Positions 51,401 through 62,450 of a DNA stretch of 64,000 nt are shown here, piece by piece (the stretch's first letter is position 1; each line of letters starts with the position of its first letter). The notes under the pieces are model-generated. The model was given only the letters and a program-made list of their open reading frames with translations, searched no databases and was not told the origin of the DNA. The stretch is taken from positions 207,390,001 through 207,454,000 of the forward strand of contig NC_135879.1 of NCBI RefSeq assembly GCF_964194155.1, in the 5' to 3' direction. Made by a program: the position numbers and the translations under genes. Source of the stretch: Cetorhinus maximus. Taxonomy: Eukaryota.

Positions 51401-51839
51401 CAACTACTACAATCTGTTACTACTACAATATTACATCTACTGTAGTACAATAAGCGTCTGGATTTATTTAGTTTCTCTTGACAATTCTAGCCTACTCAAA
51501 AGCCCATCAAACATTTATATTAGAATATTAGTTTAGATAAATCTTCAGCAGTCACTGGAACTGTGATTATTAGGGTACATTGCACTATTCTCAAAACTCA
51601 GAACATAATGTCTAACGTTAGATGTGATTCCGCAATTGGACAGCATTTTCTGAACAATCCCAAGTGCGCTAAGAACTACATTAACAACTAATTTAACTTT
51701 CCCAGTCGGGCTTGCAACATAGCTCACTTATACCTGCTAGAAACTACATATATTCATATGCAGCAACCTGACCTTTGCAGCTAAAAGGAACATGACCAGG
51801 CATTGTGCCTTTTTTGAATTAACCAAAAGCGTGGGGGAC

Positions 51840-52030
51840 AATAGCACCCTGGTGCATTCTCCATGACAATGCTTTGACCAATCAGAGCCAACTTGTCAAC
51901 TAGTCAGTGCCCCTTTTTTCATGCAGTATAAACTGTTGTTCCCTTTGAAATTTGGGATTCTTGCTTCTGTCCTGATGAGTGCAAGATAAAAAGCTTAGAC
52001 AGCATGTCTCTTTTTTCAGCAATACTTAAT
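51840..52030 (+). mobile_element. Probable second Penelope-type pseudo-LTR family with a hammerhead-like motif
   Basis: CCAAT and TATAAA upstream of CTGTC-CTGATGA-GTGCAAGAT-AAAAAGCTTA-GACAG. Confidence 0.5.
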
Positions 52031-52346
52031 TTCTGTACCACCAAGCAAATACTTCACATAATAATTATTGATTACTGCCAAACAAACCTGCTGACTCTGA
52101 AAATTAAAATTTATAAATGTAGTATCTTACTCATTCAGCTTTTAAATATTGGTGGAGATTTTTAAAAACTTTTTCTTTCTGTCTTTTTTCTCTCTTTCTT
52201 TTAACCCCACCCCACTTTCCTTCTCTTAAATTTGCTTTCTGCACATGATTTGCCATTGAATTAACTATCTAACACTGCCTGTTTCAGACTCTGCACTGTT
52301 CAGTAATGATTCTTCACTGATTGGTTACGTATGGGAGATACACATT

Positions 52347-53614
52347 GGACGGAATTGTCCCAGATTTGCATTAAGTGCGGTAACAGGCTGGTAAAATGCG
52401 GCCGCAATGGCAGCTTTTCACACCTTATCATCCCAAACCTGCCGTGTTAATTATGCATTCCTGGGATACACACCGTTTCAATAGTGGGCGGGCTCCAATT
52501 CACCTGCCACACCGTCGTTTTGCCGCTTCATCACGCCAGGCACCACATTTAAAGTACAGCCGTGCTCAGTGCTTCCAGCCCAGTACTGCAGCAAAGAAGA
52601 CATGGCCCCAAAAGGCAAGAAGACTCCAGCCCTCGAGCGCCAATTGAATGCCGTGGAGGCCCGCTATGATGCCCACTACCCCCGCTCTGGCCGGAGGAGG
52701 GGCACCTATATTACCACTGCGGCTTGTTAGGCGATGGCAGTGGCGATCAGTGCCAATGGTGCACAGAGGTAGTTGGCCATCCAATGCAGATAGAGGATGA
52801 ATGATCTCATCCGTGCAGCCAGGGTATGGCAACCAACTCATCACTCTAAACTCACACACTCAAGTCCATCACACATTCACTGCCAGCTCAAGGGACATCG
52901 TCACCCATTCTCACACACATACCCTCACATGTCCATCTGGCCTCATCTCCACTGGAGACTGCCTCCTCAGCCCTCATTATCTTGGGGCCACTTGCACAGA
53001 TCACCATGTGCCTCCACACACACCCTGGGATACCCTCCTTCCCCAGTACAGCACCTGTCCTGCAGCCTCTTCCCTTGCCTGAAGCCACTTCTCCCCCTTC
53101 CCCAAGCAAGACCTTGCCCTGCAGCCATTGAGCAGCCACCCACATATGGCTGATCTGATAGGTAGAGACCTACCCGTGAGACCCTTAAAAGTGATGTGGT
53201 GCTGTGTGTGAAGCCTGGTGCTGATGACTGGCAATTGCTGACTAAAGCAAGGTAGGCAAATAAACCTTGAGGTCCTGAGTGAAGTGCAGCCTCCCAGGTG
53301 CAAGTCTTATATATGCTGTTGTGAAACACGTCGGTGTGTTTTCCCATCGACGTGGGTGGACGATCCAGCCTGAGGGCCGGGGGGGGCTGGTGGGGGATGA
53401 GTCTGGTGGGCTGGATTTATAATGATATGCTGATGTATTACAATGAGGTTCCTGACATACAATGGCAGGAAACGTGGCCCGCCATTGGTGGGCAGAGTGG
53501 ACAATCGTAAACTGGTTTCGCAATGTCGTGAAACTGATTTTTGGCCTTCTCGCCATATTGTCTGCTCACGCCACCGAACACACCCGACGCTGGCAAGCAT
53601 GGAAAATCCCAACC
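52347..53614. mobile_element. 1.27-kb non-autonomous Harbinger with a Myb/SANT exon remnant
   Basis: TIR GGACGGAATTGTCC / GGAAAATCCCAACC and TSD ATT. Reads MAPKGKK..AVEARYDA.YPRSGRR..AIQCR*RMNDLIRAAR|gtatgg. Confidence 0.8.
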
Positions 53615-54689
53615 ATTGCTAACCCTGCTCACATAGATCCCAAATCCCCTGCAGAGGCTACTGCACCAAAACTGCTCTCAAATCATAGGTAGTCCCAGGT
53701 GGAAAATTCATCAAAAGTCGATGTATTCATTCGCCTCTGACTGCAAAATCTGGCCCAGTACCACAATGCATTGAAAGTAGAAATGTATATACAATGACAG
53801 AGTTTGTATAGGGTCAATTATCCTTGGTAATATCACTTTCTGTTAAATGCGAATCAACACTGATTATGTTTTTTTCAAAAGCAAAATGCTGCATATGCTG
53901 GAAATCAGAAGTACAAACAGAAATGCTGGAAATACTCAGCAGTTCTGGAAGCTTCCGCGAAGAAAGAAACACAGTTAACACTTTAGATCGATTATCTTTC
54001 ACATTGTCTTTCTTGAATTGTTTTGGACCATCCTGTGGGCAATTCAGGTTCTATTTAAATGCAAGTTTTTTTTTCTTTATTTACCCATAAAAAAATCCTA
54101 AAGCTTTAAGAATTTCCTGGTCAATCATCTGCTTTCAAATGTAATACCATGCTGGTTCACATGCCCATTTTAAAAATTCCTTTGATGTCAATACCAAATT
54201 TTCTGTTAACTCTTTGGTGTGACATGTTGAATGAATGATAGGACTGTGGATATTTCACGTAAGAAACTGGTGACTAACCAGATTGCCAAGAAATATTGCC
54301 ATGCCTGCAACAAGTAAATCTTCACAATAGGCCAAAACCAGTCCTAAATAGTCAAAGGAACTATGTTGTTAATTAGATCAAGCAAACAGGCTGCTTTTTG
54401 ATCAAAAATACAATCTGATCTTTACGTAATTGAAACCAGGAACTGAAAACTCTGCTGCAATCATGCTGATCACTATCAACAAAACAGAACATTTAAAACC
54501 TGACAACATCTCAGTCATGTAACTTTAATGCCATCAAGTTACAGACCATACAGTTTACTGAGTAGTCTCCTAGATAAAATATATCACTAGTTGTACCGCA
54601 CATTAGGTAAGCCTCTCAGTTCAGACAACTGAACGATATAAAGTTTAAGGCCAGGAATTGCCTGGGCTATATATTCACGAAATCACTAA

Positions 54690-55280
54690 GACCACCTATT
54701 TCCACGTCTGATTTTTCCCCTGCCTCAGCTCATCTACAGCTGAAGCTCTTATTTATGCCTTTGTCATCTCTAGACATGACTATTCCAACTCCTGGCTGGT
54801 CTCCCATACTTTACTCTTTGTAAACTTGAGGTAATCCAAAACTCTGTTATCCTAACTTGCACCAAGTTCCGTTCAGATGCAGAGACCAATGTAAGATGAA
54901 GTACATCCTGTTTATTAACACAAGTAACAGAGCGCGAACACACGTGTGCTTCTCCAACCAGACCTTATTATAAACTACTGTAGCCCATGCTACACAACAA
55001 TTGGGTAATGCAATCACGTGGTCAATCTGCTCACATTCTCCTAAAGGTGTATTGCACCTCAGATTACTAAAACCCTCCTTATACCTCTCTGTATCACTAT
55101 CTTGCTTTCCTCCTTTAAGACACTCCTTAAAATCTACTTCTTTGACCAAGCTTTTGGCTATCTGACCAAATTCTCCTTTTGTGGCTCACTGTCATGTTTT
55201 GTTTTGCAATGCTTCTGTGAAGCGCCTTGGGATGTTTTATTAAGTTAAAGGAACATTATAAATATAAGCTCTTGTTGCTT
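54690..55280 (+). mobile_element. L2 LINE 3' fragment with an unrelated internal insert (~54880-55065)
   Basis: LIYAFVISRHDYSNS (L2 LIHAFVTSRLDYCN-like) and an L2 tail TGTGAAGCGCCTTGGG...ATAAATATAAG. Confidence 0.65.
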
Positions 55281-56665
55281 CTGTTGCTTGATTTTTCTTT
55301 AGATGCACTCTTAATTGGAGGTGAGGATCCCTTTAAATAGCATTTATGAATTCTGGTCCCTGATCTTTCCACCATGGTTTGCTGGACAGTATACAAAGTG
55401 ATATCTTCAGCACTTCTGGACACCAGTTTCTCAAAAAGGTTCTGATTCAGGCATAAGATCCTTATTAACATATTGCAATGATGCATGTTTTTGACTCAGG
55501 TGACTGTCAGGGACACCCCAGCCAATACTGTGTTTCGGTGTTCTAAAACCGTGCTTGTAAAAGGAATGAAATGCAAACAGATTCTACTCCACTGAATCTT
55601 ACAACATTTCTTAGTTTTGCAGCTTTCACACTGAGATGATATGGCCCTGATATTTACAGAGGTGGTGGGGGGAATGGATGAGAGGCGAGGGGAACATGAA
55701 AGCAGGTGAGGGGAGCATGAAAGCAGGCAAAGATCCCTGCAAAGCTCAGGGTGCAGAGGTCCTGCCAAATTTAACAATGGGACCTCATTAGCAGCTGGAG
55801 AAACTGCCAACACAACTGACTCTTGAGCAGGAAAAGCAGGGGTTAGAGACTGCTGGCCTTGGCAAAGGTCTCCAGCAATTGGGAGATGTGTAGACTACAG
55901 GTTGGGGCTTGTTGAGGGAGCAAAGGCATTGGTTCTGATCATGGGAGGAGGTCAGGTTGCAGATCAGAGCTTGGTAAGTTTGTGGGAAGAGGCTGGTCGG
56001 TGATTTTGACAGGGGTTAGAGGGAGGCTAAAAAATGTTGAGCTGAAGGTAACCAGAGGAGGTATTCCTGCTCCTCTTGACCCAAAAGGAATGCTATATAA
56101 GGTCTTTTGGAGCTGGGAACTTTTGGCTCCCTTTTACTGCCTGGTTTCCTGAATGTGGGAAACAAGGGCAGCAACTGTTAAATTTAAAACAGACTTCTAA
56201 TTACACTATGTAAGCCTGACTTAAACATATTAATGTGTTCCATCTCACCAAGATAGCGCAGTCACAGACTATGCTACCTGCCACTGTAAAAATGCGGTGG
56301 TCATGTATACATCAAATTGGGTTTTGCATGTTTTAGTGCTTAACCTACACCGCAACCTCCTCTCACCTGATGTGCGGTGGGTTAATATTGAGGCTTATGT
56401 TATAAATTATTCTTTTTAATAAATATTCATTAAAAGCCGCTATTTGTGTGTACACAGATTCTAGATGAGCTGGAATGTCAACATTCAGCTTGCAGGTTGT
56501 TAAACTTCTTTTGTTTCATGCTTGGGATGTGAGGGGTCCACTGGCAAAGTCAGCTTTGATTGCCCATAACATAAACTGAAACACTTGTATATGGAGTTAT
56601 GCATAAGGGAATTGACTTTCGCTGCTTAGATGCTATGATTATGTGGTTGTCAGTCATTGTAACCA

Positions 56666-59650
56666 GGGGAGGTGGTGGTATTTGCCAATAGACCAGCATT
56701 CCAGAAACCCAGGGTAATGCTCTAGAGACCAGGGCTCAGAATCCCACCGTGGCAGATGGTGAACCCAATAAAAACCTGGGCCAGAATATAATGCTCGTCA
56801 GGCGGGCGGGCGCCCGACCCAAGCGTGAAATGACGCACAATCACGTCAGGCGATCGTCCCGACGTCATCGCACACTCGCGTGATATGTTAGTCGGCAGGC
56901 GCGCGGGGATGACAACAGCGCACCCGCCGACAATTGAAAGGCTTACTAAGGCACTTAAAGTTATAATTGAAAGAAGTTTGTCGCTGCCCGTCCAGCCTTA
57001 GGGTTCAATGAAGAGTTCAGGAGGGCGTGCCAGGGTCAGCACCATCATACCTAAAATGAGGTGTCAACCTGGTGAAGCTATAACACAGGACTATTTGCCG
57101 CCAAACAGTATAAGCAGCAAGTGATAGACAGCTAAGCGGTCCCACAACCAACAGATCAGATCTAAGCTCTGCTGTCCTGCCACATCCAGTCGTGAATGGT
57201 GCTGGACAATTAAACAACTCACTGGAGGAGGCGGCTCCACAAATATCCCCATCCTCAATGATGGTGCCGCCCAGCACAGCAGTGCAAAAGATAAGGCTGA
57301 AGCATTCGCAACAATCTTCAGCCAGAAGTGCTGAGTGGATGATCCATCTCGGCCTCCTCCGGACGTCCCCAGCATCACAGATGCCAGTTTTCAGTCAATT
57401 CGATTCACTTCACGTGATATCAAGAAACGACTGAAGGCACTGGATACTCCAAAGGCAATGAGCCCTGACAACATTCCAGCAATAGTACTGAAGACTTGTG
57501 CTCCAGAACTTGCTGTGCTCCTAGCCAAGCTGTTCCAGTACAGCTACAACACTGGCATCTACCCGGCAATGTGGAAAATTGCCAAGGTATGTCCTGTACA
57601 CAAAAAGCAGGACAAATCCAACCCGGCCAGTTGCTGTCCCATCAATCTACTCTCGATTATCAGTAATGTAATGGAAGGGGTCATCAACAGTGCTATCAAG
57701 CGGCACTTGCTTAGCAACAACCTGCTCACTGATGCCTAGTTTGGATTCCGCCAGGGTCACTCAGCTCCTGACCTCATTGCAGTCTTGGTTCAAACATGGA
57801 CAAAAGAGCTGAACTCCCGAGGTGAGGTGAGAGTGATTGCCCTTGACATCAAGGCAGCATTTGACCAAATGTGACCTCAAGGAGCCCTAGGAAAACTGGA
57901 GTCAATCGGAATCAGGGGGAAAACCCTCGGCTGGTTGGAGTCATACCTAGCACATAGGAAGATGGTTGTGGTTGTTGGAAGTCAGTCATCTCAGCTCCAG
58001 GGCATCACTGCAGGAGTTCCTCAGGGTAGTGTCCCAGGCCCAACCATCTTCAGCTGCTTCATCAAAGAATCACAGAAACACAGTGCAGAAGAGGCCCTTT
58101 GGCCCATTGAGTCTGCACCGACACGTGAGAAACACCTGACCTACCTACGTAATCCCATTTACTAGCATTTGGCCCATAGCCTTGAATGTTACGACGTGCC
58201 AAGTGCTCATCAATGAATTTCCTTCCATCATAAGGTCAGAAGTGGGGATGTTTGCTGATGATTGCACAATGTTTAGCACCATTCATGACTCCTCAGATAC
58301 TGAAGCAGTCCATGTCCAAATGCAGCAAGACCTGGACAATATCCAGGCTTGGGCTGACAAGTAGTAAGTAGCATTCGCGCCACACAAGTGTCAGGCAATG
58401 ACCATCTCCAACAAGAGAGAATCCAAACATCGCCCCTTGATGTTCAATGGCATTACCATCACTGAATCCCCCACTATCAACATCCTGAGGGTTACCATTG
58501 ACCAGAAACTGAATTGGACTAGCCATATAAATACTGTGGCTACAAGAGCAGGTCAGAGGCTAGGAATCGTATAACGAGTAACTCGCCTTCTGAATTCCCA
58601 AAGGCTGTCCACCATCTACAAGGCACAAGTCAGGTTTGTGATGGAATACTCCCCACTTGCCTGGATGAGTGCAGCTCCAACAACTCTGAAGAAGCCGGAC
58701 ACTGTCCAGGACAAAGCAATCTGCTTGATTGACACCACATCCACAAACATTCACTCCCTCCACCACCGACGCACAGTAGCAGCAGTGTGTACCATCTACA
58801 AGATGCACTGCGGGAATTCACCAAGGCTCCTTAGACAGCACCTTCCAAACCCATGACCACTACCACCTAGAAGGACAAGGGCAGCAGACACATGGGAATA
58901 CCACCACCTGCAAGTTCCCCTCCAAGCCACTCACCATCCTGACTTGGAAATATATTGCTGTTCCTCCACTGCCGCTGGGTCAAAATACTGGAACTCCCTC
59001 ACTAACAGCACTGTGGGTGTACCTACACCACATGGACTGCAGCGGTTCAAGAAGGCAGCTCACCGCCACCTTCTCAAGGGCAATTAGGGATGGGCAATAA
59101 ATGCTGGCCCAGCCGGCGAGGCCCACATCCCGTGAATGAATAAAAAAACCGGCGAAAAGGCCATGCAGCCTTTGCATTTGATAGGAGACCTCATCCATGG
59201 GCTGGATGAAGTTTCCAGCAGCAAATAAAAATTAAGTAAAAATGTCAACATTTCATTAAGAACATGTCCTTGCACACAGTCACATGAGGGGGCATGTTTT
59301 TGTAACAATTTAAAATCCTTTCTTTCTATTTCTTAAAAGCTTCATCTCCCTGAGGCAGCTCTGTGCCTCAGGGAGCTTTTCCTGCACGCAGCCGTGCGCA
59401 TGCACAAAGTTGAATGCTCCCCCTCCTCCCGACACAGGCAACGCTGAGATGAGTGCTGCCCTGTGCGTTTCACACTGGGTGAGCCTTAATCGGCCTGCTG
59501 GTGTGTAATTGCGGTCCGGTCCCCAGTCAATGTGGTTGACTCTTAGGTACCCTCTGAACAAGGGTAATTAGGCAATAAGTTTGTCAGATACATTATATAA
59601 AGAAAAGTGGTTATGGATGCCCACATCCCATGAACGAATTTAAAAAAAAC
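56666..59650 (+). mobile_element. Nested stack: tRNA-SINE containing a Harbinger MITE (56779-~59523), containing LINE-B, containing a CR1 tail
   Basis: SINE head at 56666-56778 and tail at ~59524-59650. MITE halves at 56779-57005 and 59148-59523. Confidence 0.75.
57007..59147 (+). mobile_element. LINE-B, ~2.1 kb, 5'-truncated, with an antisense CR1 tail at 58066-58206
   Basis: PAIVLKTCAPEL, WKIAKVCPVHKK, GVPQGSV, MFADD and MMEYSPLAW; intact 3' end. The inner insert has TSD TCATCAA (58059-58065, 58207-58213). Confidence 0.92.
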
Positions 59651-60206
59651 TTGCCATGAACACCATAAGACCGTTCCATTGCATTCATACCAGCTCCTGT
59701 ACCTATCTGCCTGTTATCCCTATTTCATTCAAGAATTTCCTACATACATTTTAACCTTCCAAGCTGAGACTCATTTCCTCTCTCCACTGAGAACTCATTC
59801 AATTGCTTAATGAAATGGCAAAATGTTTTCTCTGACTACACTCCTGTGAAATGCCTTGGAATATTTAACTATGTTAAATATGCTATATGCAAGTTTTTAT
59901 AATCTTCAGCTATATAACAGATGTAATAGCCATCACAGTCTTGTCACTTAACACCTTTTGTAATTGCACACATTACTTCAGTATTGGCCACTTTGTCTCC
60001 CCCAGCTAATTCTCCAAAATCATCCTTTCACATATAATACAAAATCTTATTTCACTAGCCCCTGCATCTACAACTAGGTCTAGCTCTCAAACAGTAAAGA
60101 ACTAATGACTAGGCCCCATACGCATCCCTTTTCATATTTCAATATCTATTCAAAATGGCACAATCTATTGATAATTGTGATTAAGAGACGTGTTACTTTT
60201 GACTTT

Positions 60207-60425
60207 CTGCAAGCTCCCCTCCAAGCCAAGTACTTTTCTGGCTTGGAACTATATCACTATTCCTTCACTGCCACCTGATCAAAATCCTGGCATTCCTTCC
60301 CCAACAACACATGGGTGTACCTACACCACACAGACTGCAGCGATTCAAGAAAGTGATTCAGCACTACTGTCTCAAGGGCCATTAGAGATGGGCAATAAAT
60401 GTTGGCCTTGCTAGTGACGCCTACA
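60207..60425 (+). mobile_element. LINE-B 3'UTR fragment
   Basis: Matches 58907-59130. Confidence 0.75.
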
Positions 60426-60957
60426 AACCAAGGACAAAGTGAAAAAAGCAAATGTAAAAACTTGAATAAATTCAAAAGTGCAGAGACTCCTTAAACAATT
60501 AGGCAGCAGTTGCTTCGTTGCAGTGGAGCCCAGGTCAGACGGCTTTATGGTGCAAATGTGCACACAATGATCCATGACTTTTGATGTGCTAAAGTGTAAG
60601 AAATATGCTAAAGGCTTTGCTTGCAAGCAAGTTATATTTCATGCATCATTACCAGAGGATAACATTACTGGAACAAATTTCATTAGACTTTTATTATTTA
60701 AAACAAAAGCATCTTCAGGGTGGCCATAGCCACTTTTCTCGATATAATATAATTGACAAACGCATGGCTGTTCATCTTTACAATCGGGCTTGGATTATTA
60801 TAATTACATTATGGATATTTAATAATGTAATACTGCAACCTGACTAATGAGCAATTCCATTATCAAATCATCCCACGTAGAACTGTTGTGCCTTAAATAT
60901 CTGAATTTTTAATCTCTTCTATTTGAGAATCAAGCATCTCCAGGATGTGTCAAAGTA

Positions 60958-60959
<2 letters not shown>

Positions 60960-60986
<27 letters not shown>
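60960..60986. repeat. (CA)13 microsatellite
   Basis: Perfect CA run. Confidence 0.95.
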
Positions 60987-60988
<2 letters not shown>

Positions 60989-62029
60989 CTGCTCAATTAT
61001 GGAAGCTGGGCCTCCATTGGGGTACACTACCCAAGGAATGTTGGTGTGGTTTTACACTGGCCCAATAAACTCTGTGCAACATTTTTCAAAAGCTGTATCC
61101 TCTCCCAGCGCATTATCAGTTTCTGCTCAGTTTGGCTCAGCACCAAATTATGTTGCTGTGCAGAATGAAGCAAATGGTTTTTTTTTTTGGATGTTGCAAG
61201 AAATGTGAACTTCAAAAAAAATGTAACAGAAGCCTTATATGAAAACTAGGAGACATGCTGAACATTCAGTGGACCATCGGGCTTCACGGAGATAAAAGAT
61301 CACAAAAAATAAGCCATTTAGTTCAAATAGTTGTCAGTGGGCTTGTCATGACATAAACTGTAAGCTTACCCAACATTTTGTTGCGTTCGTTAAAGGGGAA
61401 CAAAATCTACAGCACACTGAAGTGCCGTTGTAGTAGTGGGAGTGTTTCTGAAGATAAGATTGTAAGTGCATCGTTGGCATAGAGTAAAGGAAGTATTGAA
61501 TTGTGTTAAATCTGGCTTGGTGCCAAGACACTCAAAAAATGTTTCATCCTTCTCAACGCAAACACTCCTCAAATTGCAAGTTACCAAGGATAATCTCTGC
61601 GTTTCACACCTCACTATCCCAAAAAAACTGCGTGAGCAATACATCAACACAGAAGTAGATTACAATATGGCATGTTCCCAGGTCAACTGTTCAAACAATC
61701 TGCATGACCCTGCCAATTATCATTAGTACCAACCAGATTTATCAGTGACTAGGGGTAATACTTCCCTGGTAAATACTAGACAGCTTCTCTAAACCAAACC
61801 AAGAAACGTCATTGTGTAAACCAATTAGTTCTGCAAGATCTAAAATATGAGGTAGAGATTTAGGTTTAGGAGGAAATGTAATTTCAAATATGTTCGGGCG
61901 CATAATCCAATATTTAAAAACACAGCCGCTACAACTTTAAAAAATTTTGGCTAACTCCATAAAAGTATGGATTTATAAAATATAAAAACACACAGGTCAG
62001 CAAATATTATCACATTTTTTATTTGATAT

Positions 62030-62450
62030 GGGTTATGGTAGTGTTTTGATTATGTTACTAGACTAGTAATCTGGAAACCTGCTAAATGCAGGAGAAAGCG
62101 AATTATAATTTTACTGTGCAGTTTAAGAATTTGAATTCAGTTTAGGAAAAAAAGACTGGCATTAGTAAAATAAATCTGTCAAGGTTTGGCATTAGAAATC
62201 TAACTGGTTCACTAATATCCTTTAGGAAAGGAAACTTGCTGTCCTTAACTGATTTAGCTAATATGTAACTCCAGCCCCAGTCAATGTAGTTGACTCCTAA
62301 CGGCCGCTGAAATGGCCTAGTAGGTCACTTAGCTGCATCAAGCAATGAATATCACTGAATAGCAGCAGCTGAAGAAGGCCCACCACCACCTTCCCAGGAC
62401 AACTGGAAATGGGCAATAAATAATGCCTATATCTTATGAATGAATTAAAA
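62030..62450 (+). mobile_element. Older tRNA-SINE with a LINE-B tail
   Basis: Shares ACTAGTAAT, TTTGAATTCA, CTGGTTCACTAAT.TCCTTTAGG and GGGCAATAAAT blocks with the SINE at 15485. Confidence 0.65.

Noticed and set aside
54880-55065. Short solo LTR inside the L2 fragment
   Set aside because: It has a TGTAAG start and a minus-strand AATAAA, but I found no matching CA terminus or TSD, so it is left unclassified.
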